NCBI GenBank assembly: GCA_010093815.1
Contig: ML996571.1
Strand: one strand, 5' to 3'
Length of the DNA: 64,000 nt
From: Pseudovirgaria hyperparasitica
Lineage: Eukaryota
Below the pieces are notes generated by a model that was not told where the DNA came from, made no database searches, and worked only from the letters and a program-made list of their open reading frames with translations. Position numbers and translations under genes: made by a program. Shown here piece by piece: positions 13,307 through 23,382 of this stretch (position 1 is the stretch's first letter; every line of letters begins with the position of its first letter).

Positions 13307-14562
13307 TAACGGCCGGATCCTCGTCGTTGGATGGGGTATTATGACGATGACATGAACTAAGGAGACAGAGTAACGATTGTATTGGTCCACGATTCTCGGT
13401 TGTAAACTCTGTACGTTTTATTTTTCTGTAATGGCTCTCCTATGTCCCCGCATAGACTTAATGTGAAACGAGAAGTTATGATGTAGATCAATGCACTTGA
13501 GCAATGGAAGCTGTGGTTCCGACCCATGTGAAGATCTGCGGAAGTCTAACGGGTGATCCACATGCTAGAATCTCTTTACCGACCCACAGACCTGCAGCAT
13601 ACCAAACCTGGCAAAATATCTGGGGTAATTGCAACTCTGCAGTGCTATCCTGCAATGAAGAGCCTTTGTTCTCCACATCCCACAGCTGATCGGCCCATAT
13701 TCCAGGTTTCAAAACGATTGATCCGATTTCGAAAAGGTCCCCGAGATCGACGCTGTTCTTGATGGTGATGACCGGTTATGATCGATCGATCTTGCATAAT
13801 ATGGGTCAAACGAGAAAGTCGATCTTGCGTGCTTACTATTGAACATAGAATTTGCGCCAAAAGCCATTCAACGTTTCTGTAGCATTGCTGAATGCTCCAA
13901 AGTGCACAGGGGCTTTTCACATGGCGCCACAACCGCAGCCTCGGTGACAACGTCTTCTGATCAGTGATTCCGGCATCCGAATCAGAGGATCTGCAGCGAG
14001 TAATGAGCAGCATTACCAACGTGTAAACGGCTACGACGTTCAAGGCTGGTGTCCGTTCCGCAGGGTCCTAAGCTTGCCTACGGCATGGCTTTACATGTGC
14101 CTGACGGCCAAGACGGGTGGTCGCGGGGTAGACGCTAGCTGTAATGCCAAGAGCTGGGGAAGTAGATCTGAGAGGGCTTAGGGGTAAGCTATGAGCTGAT
14201 GGAGGTTAGCGCTCGCTCAAGCTGCGTTAGCGCAAGCTTAAAGTGAATTAGAGTGTTGATCAACGTCCGTGGTGGGATTGGCGCAAGCTTCATCAGGAAC
14301 CGTTGTGTCGATCTCGTGTGATTATAGCATAATCACTTCACACATGAAGGCACCGCAATGTAGAACGTGCTGAAGAAATGCGTGTTGCTACCGCGGCTTC
14401 ATGAATGGGATTGTAAGCGATGGAATTGAATACTTTCTAGCAAAAAAGGCTCAAAAAAAGAGGTATATAAACATCAAGAAATCACTCCTCACCTTTGTCT
14501 TCTCCAGATCAACCAATACTCGAACAACATCTCAAACCCAAACATCCCTCAAAACATCCAAA

Positions 14563-15102
14563 ATGCAGTTCTCCACCGCCCTTGCATTCCTCGCTGCGAG
14601 CAGCGTCGTCTCCGGCCTCACCGTCACCAAGCGTGACGCCGCCACCGTCGGCGCCGACATCGACACCATCGCCAGCGATGTCTCCAAGGTCCAAAAGGAC
14701 GTCGACTCCTTCAACGGCGACGCCTTCGGCGCGCTGACCATCTACCTCGACTCGATGACGCTCGACGAGGCCATCAAGAAGGGCGCCAACGACTCCGCCA
14801 ACTCCGCCCCCTTCACCGAGGACGAGTCCAGCACCATCGCCGGCAAGGTCCTCGACCTCCAGCCCAAGGTCGACAAAGTGCTCGACAGCCTGATCGCCAA
14901 GAAGGACAAGTTCCAGACTGCCATCTTCGGATTCCCGGCCACGCCCATTGTCAAGATGACTCTCCAGACCCTGAGGACTGACACTGCCGACTTTGGCTCC
15001 AAGGCCTCTGCCAAGCTCACCCCCGACTTCCAGGAGGTTGCCCCGATTGTGCTGCAGGAGATTGACGACAAGTTCGCTCAGGCTATTGCTGCTTTCTCTT
15101 AG
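14563..15102 (+). CDS. Secreted HsbA / cell-wall mannoprotein (Mp1)-like protein
   Basis: Signal peptide MQFSTALAFLAASSVVSG, Kex2 site KR then DAATVGADIDTI, helical Ala-rich body ending IDDKFAQAIAAFS. Strong C-ending codon bias. TATATAAA at ~14464. Confidence 0.85.
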   Translation: MQFSTALAFLAASSVVSGLTVTKRDAATVGADIDTIASDVSKVQKDVDSFNGDAFGALTIYLDSMTLDEAIKKGANDSANSAPFTEDESSTIAGKVLDLQPKVDKVLDSLIAKKDKFQTAIFGFPATPIVKMTLQTLRTDTADFGSKASAKLTPDFQEVAPIVLQEIDDKFAQAIAAFS

Positions 15103-15853
15103 AGTGCTGATTGAGGGCTCAAGGGTTGGATGCAGTTGTACATAGTTCCATCATTGTGTCGTGGGCTCAATGATAACGAATGAATATATATGAATCAAAA
15201 CGATATTCCAAACAACAACACTGATTGAATGCCGTGCTTATTGCCCTTATCCTAGCAGATAGTAGAGCCTTTCACTCCTTCTCAACATCTATCAATGTCC
15301 TCCTTTGCTCGTTTTCCAATCGCTATTATCTTTCGCTATGCAATACTAAAGCATGCGCATTTGCCATCGACTTGTTGTTCATCAATACTATCAAGATCAC
15401 TCAGATCTCGCCCTGGTATAGGCAGGAGCTTCTTCATAACTTGTATCGTCTCTAATGGCGTATTGATCTCCGCACAAACCTATCAACTAATCGTATCCCA
15501 GACCAGGAGAATAAATCCAGATTCTTTGTCGTTGAGGTAAGCCTTTCTTGTGTTGCGTTACCTCCTTTTTCCGCTTGGATCTTAGATTTGGGGTATGCCA
15601 GACTGTCACAAGTCGATAGAGTCGTGTTATCTCTTACTTACTTTAGATCGCCTTTTTGTGCGTGAAGGGTGGACAGCCCGATAGAGCCTACATGCCGGAG
15701 TGCAGGGGTATTAAAGGTGGGGGCCAGGAGCTGCCCACCTCGAGATCTCACACATCTCCACGACTTTGACAGTCGTCCGCAAAGCCGCTGACAAGCCGAT
15801 AACGAGCACCGGCACCTGTATAAGCAGTCTTGGCCATCGCAGTCTGGAGAAGA

Positions 15854-17968
15854 ATGAATGAGAGGAAGACCGTCGACGAGGACACGATCGTTGTGCAACT
15901 CTCCGAAGCTAACAAGCTACAACTCTTTGACGAAGCATTGAGGGCTCTTTCGGTCCAGAAACAAGAATCGGCGCTTGCCTTAGACAGACTAAGGGATTTC
16001 AATCCGAATATCGGCAAATGTGTACACGAGAAGGAGGACGCGGTGTCCAAGGCACCCTTCCGATTACTGTTCCAACGGGATGCACGAATCATCGCTGATC
16101 GAAGCGCCAAAGTATCGAGCTATCTAGTGGTAAGCTACAGCTGGCACAACGAGTTTTGGAGTCCAGGAAACCCGGAACAGCATAAGCCTTGGCCGTTCTG
16201 TGAAGCTATTGCCGACACCATTCTAGGTCTGCGAGAGTCAGTCGATGAGGGTATATTCGTCGACCAACCTTGTATTGACCAGAACAATACCGAAGAAAAG
16301 CTCTATGCCATTGCCTCGATGAATATAATATATCGAAGCGCCCGACGCATGATTATACTGCTTGAGGATGTCATGCTAACTGCGTCCGAGGAGGTGGTGC
16401 TGGGAAAGTTTTTAGGTGCAATGTTGGATGGCAATGTTGACTCGGAGATAGAGCCATCAGAGATGATCCTCCTTGCCTCTGTCTTCACACGTGTTGCATC
16501 TTCGAGATGGTTTTCCCGCGCTTGGTGTGGGCATGAGATCAAGACGTCAAAAACCTGGAGGAACACAAGTCCCCTGAAGTCAGCCACGGTCCGAATGTAC
16601 GACGAAAGCGGAAATGTTGTCAGGGCTCCTCTTCTGTTTTTCGTGTGGCTCGGCCCTGTTGTTTACCGAGTGCTCACTCAGCAAAAGCTATCTCCGCTGT
16701 GGGATCCAGAAGCTCAGCAGGACGCGTACTGGAAATTCAGTACCGCCATAGAATGGTCTCCATTCCAAAGATTACCTTCGCTAGACTCTGGAGTTTCATA
16801 TGCCCTCCAATATGCACGGATCGGCCGTCTCCAATGCTTGATACCGAAAGACCGCATCAATATAACGCTTAATATTTGTGGTATCAATCTCTACTACGAC
16901 GGCCCGGCTAGTACTGATGATGAATGCTTCTTCATATCTTGGCTTATCGCGCTGGCTTTCAAACAATTATCAGTTCTGACCTGTACGGGACCTGCGTTGA
17001 GATTATCAACACAGACTGCTTCGTGGGCGCGCCACCCACGTGGAGACTACATCCTCCCTGAACTCCATCATCATGCCGTATCGCCAGATGCAGGCATTAG
17101 CCGCATATCAGAGTCTTGGATAGAGCTAGATATGCTTCTGTTTCACACTACCGCAAGCTACACAGCTACGAGATTCGAATCGCAGGCGAGTGATGTCATG
17201 ACAGCGACAGCAAAACTTAAAGACAGGCATTCTAAGTATCATATACAACTTGTAGCGATATGTATAGAGCAGGGAGTGGACTGGATCATCAAGACCGGAC
17301 GGGCTCTCAAAGAAACAGCAAACTCCCAAGAACACCTCGTCGAGCTTTTCTCTGCGGTAGATGACTCGACGTCGGGACTTGCTCGTGAATTACTGGCTCT
17401 CCAGGGTTATGCGGAGCAGACGACCCATAGATATCTTGAGGCGTTCCTTGAGCCAGTAAAAGAGTGTTTGTTTGTCCTCATGCATCCAGAATTCTACCCC
17501 ATGACCGTAGAAGACCATGCTCTTATCCAGGTCGATCGGTATGGTCACCGAGCTCTCACAAAAACCGTCACATCCACTCGAGAGCATTGTCTTGCCATTC
17601 CCACTGGCTTGGCGCATTCGTCCTACGGCATCCATGTCCGTCGAGCTTGGGTTCTCGAACGCGTCGACCATGCCACAGGGCAATGGCCTGTAAACCAAAA
17701 TACCACCGCGAGCCCCCCCTGCGCAGGTCCGACAAGAGACTTGCGAGTAAAGCCATTTGTTGCGAGCGATCATTTGAGGGTACTATCTACGAGGACACAA
17801 ACCAGCGCTACAGAGCCTTTGGCGTGGAGAGTCGTCGAGAAAATCCCTCTAGTAGGCTTCGAGACCATAAAACCGGACGGCAAGTTTGTAAGCTTGTTGC
17901 ATGCACAGAAAGTCTGGGGAAGCGATTTCTGGTACGACAGTAGATATCTACCGGAGACAATCGATTGA
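15854..17968 (+). CDS. Heterokaryon-incompatibility (HET, PF06985-like) domain protein, intronless, ~704 aa
   Basis: HET motifs YLVVSYSW, FVDQPCIDQNNTEEKLYAIASMNIIYRSARRMIILL and RWFSRAWCGHE. Confidence 0.88.
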   Translation: MNERKTVDEDTIVVQLSEANKLQLFDEALRALSVQKQESALALDRLRDFNPNIGKCVHEKEDAVSKAPFRLLFQRDARIIADRSAKVSSYLVVSYSWHNEFWSPGNPEQHKPWPFCEAIADTILGLRESVDEGIFVDQPCIDQNNTEEKLYAIASMNIIYRSARRMIILLEDVMLTASEEVVLGKFLGAMLDGNVDSEIEPSEMILLASVFTRVASSRWFSRAWCGHEIKTSKTWRNTSPLKSATVRMYDESGNVVRAPLLFFVWLGPVVYRVLTQQKLSPLWDPEAQQDAYWKFSTAIEWSPFQRLPSLDSGVSYALQYARIGRLQCLIPKDRINITLNICGINLYYDGPASTDDECFFISWLIALAFKQLSVLTCTGPALRLSTQTASWARHPRGDYILPELHHHAVSPDAGISRISESWIELDMLLFHTTASYTATRFESQASDVMTATAKLKDRHSKYHIQLVAICIEQGVDWIIKTGRALKETANSQEHLVELFSAVDDSTSGLARELLALQGYAEQTTHRYLEAFLEPVKECLFVLMHPEFYPMTVEDHALIQVDRYGHRALTKTVTSTREHCLAIPTGLAHSSYGIHVRRAWVLERVDHATGQWPVNQNTTASPPCAGPTRDLRVKPFVASDHLRVLSTRTQTSATEPLAWRVVEKIPLVGFETIKPDGKFVSLLHAQKVWGSDFWYDSRYLPETID

Positions 17969-18241
17969 TCGTTCGCTGGGACGCAGCATGATGTAACTTA
18001 CTGTCCTAAGTGGCAATACAAGCCCATCTTGAAGGACCTGTAAAGGCAGAGATGGAAATCTTCATACAATCTGTGAGCGAGCCAAGCTTGACTTCTCATC
18101 AACCTTGACTATTCAACTGTACACGATTGCCCACTAAGCAGCGGTTGTGACAACAGTGAATATGCCGGTTCGTCTTCATAGTGACCTTGCGCTTGGGCAT
18201 GTCCGAATGTGCGAGGTTGGTACTTAGAACCGCTTCAAGCT

Positions 18242-18462
18242 CAGAGATGGGCATATACAATCCGAATCTGTGCAATCTCAATCTGGGCCAAAATTTTGAT
18301 AGAGAATACAAGCTCAATTCACGCCTCAAAATGATTGCCAAGACGGTACAATCCCAATCCCTGGGCATAGATTGTAATCTCAATCTGTACTTTTAGGGTG
18401 ACTAATCATACAATCCTAATCTAGGACCTTGGATTGTATCCGATTGTATATGCTCACGCCTG
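18242..18462. mobile_element. 221-bp non-autonomous hAT-type MITE
   Basis: Imperfect 24-bp TIRs (CAGAGATGGGCATATACAATCCGA vs revcomp CAGGCGTGAGCATATACAATCGGA, 19/24 identical). Perfect 8-bp TSD TTCAAGCT at 18234-18241 and 18463-18470. Repeated internal CAATC motifs. Confidence 0.88.
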
Positions 18463-18965
18463 TTCAAGCTTGCCTTCAATTCTGAATCAAGGTACGTTGA
18501 ACCAACACGATCTCCTTGTGGTGTCCATGTCATATTCTGCTATGTGTACTCTTCTTGGGTGTTGGAGTACTTGGAAATCTGCGTACCTCCATCTGGTGAA
18601 GTTCATTGTGGAGCGCAAGAGCAAATGTTCAAAGTGACGTTTCAGGATAGTTCCAAGCTAGCGTAAATCGGGCAAGCGTACTGCCAAGTGCTCGGACACC
18701 CAAGCCGACGAGCAGTCGACAATTATAAGAAAATGAATCATCATCGAATATATTATCAAAAGAAAAAAGTTAGATTTACATAGGTAATCTTTTGCGACCC
18801 ATATGTCCTTAACTTCATATACGCAGCTGCCTACATGGATATTCCATGTGTACGGATGTGATGAGATATACGCCCATGATGTGTCATTCAGAGCTCCGAT
18901 GCTGATTGGCCACACTCGCGAGAACACGGCAATTCTGCTGGCACGTCCATCGTTGACGATCTGAG

Positions 18966-18994
18966 TTAGGGTTAGGGTTAGAGTTAGAGTTAGG
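18966..18994 (+). repeat. Short interstitial telomere-like tract
   Basis: (TTAGGG)2(TTAGAG)2TTAGG read directly. Confidence 0.75.
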
Positions 18995-19630
18995 ACGGGA
19001 GTCACGCAGCGTCACGGTCCCAAGTATGCGCCCATCGGACTGCGTTATGTCGCGTCACGCTCCGTCGCGGTCTGTCGACTATTTTACTGTCTTTCGTAAT
19101 GTTGATTTATATAACATCACATGCATATATGAAACCGAGTACTTATAGTGAATGACAATGTTAGATCTATGACCGGAGTTTGACTTGATGCTCAGTCAAT
19201 GGTACCACCCGGTTCGAAACTTTTGGTTAAGCACGTCCTTGGCTAATTACAGACTGTTGCTAATGCCCGGAGGCCAGGCCACATACTAGCAGTCAGTGTC
19301 TTTGCAGTTAGGATCCGATTGAGCACTGAAAATTGTATATGTTTACGTAGCCGGAGTTTATAATTGTCTCCGAAGCCCCTCAACTATGCCATGAAATCAT
19401 ATCAACATTTCGTAAAGTCATGATCGTCATAGTCTCCTGCGACAAAGCGTACCATGTGTTGCTGACGTAGAAAACCACCCAACACCGCTCGCAAACGCCC
19501 ACGAAAAACCGATAGCTTCCAGAAAAAGGACAACTCCATTCGAGCTCTGCGCAGAAGCCTGCGTGCTCGTGATTTTCAAACACCTAAAGACAGATTAAGA
19601 GAAGATACAGGAGCATGACCGAGTAGTCTC

Positions 19631-22399
19631 TCAGTCGTCGAGCAGATCGATTATGACGGGCTGCGGTGGTGGAACTGCTGAGACCGCAGAAACCAGTGCT
19701 GGCAGGGGAGACTTTGTCATAGGTTTATCCTTGCCCACCCATGACTTTTCATTATCGACGATTTTCTCTGGCTTTGGTATCCATGAACCGCTTGCGTCCA
19801 CCACAATCGCCTCTGTGTGGAGTAACCCTTGTTGCTCCAATTGCTTCCTGACTTCTAGGAGAAAACCGTCCTGTACCAGACTACTAGGTCGGACATCACC
19901 GCCGCAGGATGGACATTTCCAGTCATCGACAGTGCCGGTGTTGTGTTCCGATATGCGTTTACCGGGGATCGATAGTAGAGTATTCAGGTCAAAACAGTCT
20001 GTATGTAAGCAACTCCAGCCTCGGACTGGGATGTCCCACATCTGACCGCGCTTCCACGGATCCCTTAAGCTGATTGTTGCAGTTGCATCGATTATTGCGA
20101 GCTCGTCATCGTTGCTATGCGTGAGCTTTCGCTTTATGCCATTGAGAGATGCCTCCGGTGCAATGAATCCGGCAGTATTACAGTGAGTATGAATGTCTTG
20201 CAACGAGACAATAGACACAATCTCAATTGCTATGGCAAAGTCGGGAGTTGTGCAGGCAGTCCTTATTAAGCTCAATTGTAGTTCGTTGACTCCCTTGCAC
20301 ACGAGAGATGTAATATCGATGGGAAGATCTCTACCATTCTGAAACTTCCTACGGGGTTCGAGGTAGCGACCGTTCAATTTCCAAGTCCCGAGCCCTGGCC
20401 ATTGTGTGGCAGTACTCAACCATTCGGATGAGGACGTGGACGGTGAGTCTTCTTTTAGCCATTTGACACATCTGAGCCTGAGAAATTTGGTATTCTTCAT
20501 GACTACCCGAACACGCGGTAACATCTCGCTGGTGTCTTCATCTTCCGGCAACATGAGATCGTCTGGAATTGAAAATGAGAAGCGTTGAATACTAGAGCTT
20601 GTGATATGAACGGGTGACATTATGAAACCAGTGACTTGTCGAAACATCGGTTCTATATGATCCCATGTAGACTTTTTTGGTTTTATTATCGGGCTACGCA
20701 GATGCATTTCATGATAGGCCATGCCATCAGCGTCTGGACTGCGCGGGTAAGGAACGCGTGCATCAGGAGGTGGGATGATACCAATGGACTTTTGAGAAGC
20801 GCTTGGAATAGCCAAGGTTGCATTACGAACATGATTCAAATTTAGTTGTTGGGTCGTCTGCAATGTTGAAGTGGAAGGAACGAGGGCCTGGTTCAGGTTT
20901 GCAACCTCGGGATGGGCCTCGACAGCTGTGAGGACCATTGGGCCACTGTAGCTGGAAGGTTGATGATAGTACTGGGTGATCGGACCCTGAGGCGATTGTC
21001 TTGAAACAGGAGCTAAACGCTGAGGAATAGCAGGATTTAATCTGGAAGAGTTCTGGTAAGCAGTCGGACCTCCGATGTGTCGAGAGCCGCTTTGAAACTG
21101 CGCCTGCAGCTGGGCCTGGTATTGACGCAATTGGCACTGGTATTGGTCCTGCAATTGTGTCTGATCTAGAGCCTGTGGATTAGCTCCATACGATACGCGC
21201 TGACCCCCAGCCGTCCGACCGTGTGCTTCAATTTCTGGTACAGCTTGTGCTTGAGCGTGTGTAAGAATTGGGCGTGGGCGGTTTAACTTTACATGGTCGG
21301 CAAGAATGCGTTGAGCTTGCTCTCTGACAGAGTCTTCCGAACGCCTATTTTGCTGATTGTCCTGAAACAACTCCAGTAGCTCGCTGTATAGTATTTGACT
21401 AGTCTGTGGCTGTACAAACCATTGCCTTCGTATGATCGACAGGAAGATGATCCTTTGCAGCGTAGGTGAACCAACATTCAGCGAATTAGCTATATCTGAT
21501 ACCAATGGTATGGTCTCCATTTCCTCGAAGGATTGAGCAAAACGAGGTAGCATCTGACCAAGAGTCTCAAGTAAAAGTATCGCCTCCGTTTTATATGTTT
21601 GGAACAGTTCCGCGTTATGATGCCGTAATGTGATTAATTTGAAGGGAAAGCCGGCGTAAAGTTGAGCATTCCTTGCAGTCGCAGCCTCCTGACGAGTTGT
21701 GAGACCAATCAGAGTCATGAAGCGATGTAGGCCGGACTCCATAGGTTTCGAATATCGAGACTGGTCTGGCAAGTCTATGTTCAAACTCCACATATATAGA
21801 GTCTGATGGAGGAAGAGATAGAGGTAGTCTGCCTCTCGACATGCCGATAGCAGACATTGTAAACGCGAGCACTCGAGCAGATTGAAAGATTCGCCCAGTG
21901 CTTGTTCCTCCGTCATGATCTCAGAAATCTTTGATACTACCTGATGGTAATCCATTAGCTCGCCAATGAGTGATTTGTCTAGGTGTAGCGAGTTTGGTCT
22001 GGGTGGCGCCATTGCCCGTTTCGAGGCCAATGTTGTGGGATGAATTGAAATATCTTCAGCTGAAAATCCCAGCTGGTCCTCATCACTTGGGGCTGGTGAG
22101 GGCAGCATGTGTTTCTCTTGACCATGGGAAGTATGCTCTTGAATTATGCTACAGGGCGGCAAAGGAGACACCGTAGCAGTATCTGGAGGTATTCGTGCCG
22201 TTGTCGCACGCTGCGGAGGATAAGTGGGATGAGGTTGGTGGATGAAGCGTGTTGGGCGTGGAGTGGGCGGCGTGTGTTGAATTCCAGGAGTAGACCTTCC
22301 CGTCATCCATGGTTTCTGCAGATTTCCCAAAAAATGATTCAAGGTAGAATTAGCGGACGGTATATCAGTCTGATCGCGTGCCGAAGATCCTTTGACCAT
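19631..22399 (-). CDS. MIZ/SP-RING zinc-finger protein (ZMIZ/Siz-like, candidate SUMO E3), 922 aa
   Basis: C-terminal ISLRDP...IPVRGWSCLHTDCFDL...WKCPSCGGDVRP SP-RING. Upstream LRLRC...RRKFQNGRDLPIDIT domain. Terminal SIM-like VIIDLLDD. Confidence 0.87.
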   Translation of the reverse strand: MVKGSSARDQTDIPSANSTLNHFLGNLQKPWMTGRSTPGIQHTPPTPRPTRFIHQPHPTYPPQRATTARIPPDTATVSPLPPCSIIQEHTSHGQEKHMLPSPAPSDEDQLGFSAEDISIHPTTLASKRAMAPPRPNSLHLDKSLIGELMDYHQVVSKISEIMTEEQALGESFNLLECSRLQCLLSACREADYLYLFLHQTLYMWSLNIDLPDQSRYSKPMESGLHRFMTLIGLTTRQEAATARNAQLYAGFPFKLITLRHHNAELFQTYKTEAILLLETLGQMLPRFAQSFEEMETIPLVSDIANSLNVGSPTLQRIIFLSIIRRQWFVQPQTSQILYSELLELFQDNQQNRRSEDSVREQAQRILADHVKLNRPRPILTHAQAQAVPEIEAHGRTAGGQRVSYGANPQALDQTQLQDQYQCQLRQYQAQLQAQFQSGSRHIGGPTAYQNSSRLNPAIPQRLAPVSRQSPQGPITQYYHQPSSYSGPMVLTAVEAHPEVANLNQALVPSTSTLQTTQQLNLNHVRNATLAIPSASQKSIGIIPPPDARVPYPRSPDADGMAYHEMHLRSPIIKPKKSTWDHIEPMFRQVTGFIMSPVHITSSSIQRFSFSIPDDLMLPEDEDTSEMLPRVRVVMKNTKFLRLRCVKWLKEDSPSTSSSEWLSTATQWPGLGTWKLNGRYLEPRRKFQNGRDLPIDITSLVCKGVNELQLSLIRTACTTPDFAIAIEIVSIVSLQDIHTHCNTAGFIAPEASLNGIKRKLTHSNDDELAIIDATATISLRDPWKRGQMWDIPVRGWSCLHTDCFDLNTLLSIPGKRISEHNTGTVDDWKCPSCGGDVRPSSLVQDGFLLEVRKQLEQQGLLHTEAIVVDASGSWIPKPEKIVDNEKSWVGKDKPMTKSPLPALVSAVSAVPPPQPVIIDLLDD

Positions 22400-23382
22400 C
22401 CTTCCGTGGGGGAGCCAGGATTATGACCAGGTATAGGCGATAAAAGATTGCTCTGAGTAGCCGTCCGAGTATACCATACCGAAGCTGCTGATGGTCGGAT
22501 GGTGACCGTATGTTCAAACTATAAAGCGGTTGGTGTTTCGTGGGTGGTAGGTAGGGCGTGGACGAAGCAATGCAATTGATGGCGTCGGAATAGGTGGGAC
22601 ATTCGCTACATCTTCGACTCGTAGGACCCAATATTTCGTTCGCTGAGAGTGAGGACCTGAGCATCCATGTGTGGCTCATTGTAACCTTCAGTGTCCGTCC
22701 GACTCAACAAGACTGGAGGTGTTTGCGATGATGAGTCATTCTGCATATCTGCCTGAGGCGACTACTCTTGGACACTACTCATGCTCGCCGTGGAGTGACT
22801 ACTTCGATGAGTGAGATATTGACTGCATACACGCACGATTAATGATGCGTGGCGGTCAAATATCTTTACACATATGATCGTATGGAGTGATTGTGTTCAA
22901 CGTCTGGGATCTCATTCATGACAAAGCTCGGCACTCGGTGGGAGACGCGCCTGCCCTGTCTGCTGTTGTGCCCGTGCGCAGCGGCTCCGATGGATCTGAC
23001 GGGATCGACCTTGGCTGAGGGGATCTTACTGGGTCCAAGGCCAACATCACACCTCATTCATTACCTGTACCTACCCATATCTCATCGCCGCCCAAGAACA
23101 CATCAGTTTTCATTATTGCTATCTACCTGCTCAATCGCTCAGGACTACCTAGTTCGCCATCTTCGACACATAGTCGCGCAAGCTCATAACGTTCCGGCCC
23201 TCGCTCCCGTGTACAACCGCCCAAGCTACGGGGACGTACAGCTGTCCATCCTACTCCACCAACGTAGACTCTGTCTCGCCTAGCGAACCTTAATAAACCC
23301 AATTTCGCAATGAAATTGATGGATTAGATAGCCTGAGAAGCTGCTCTTATACTTGCACGTTCCGCTTGGATCTATCGCTACA

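Noticed and set aside
18858..18964. Box C (GTGATGA) and box D (CTGA) motifs suggesting a C/D snoRNA
   Set aside because: No terminal stem and no rRNA-complementary guide that I can recognise. Such motifs are short enough to be chance.
18966..18994. Telomerase RNA template
   Set aside because: Nearly five tandem, partly degenerate units rather than a ~1.5-repeat template. No pseudoknot or CR4/5-like element identified.
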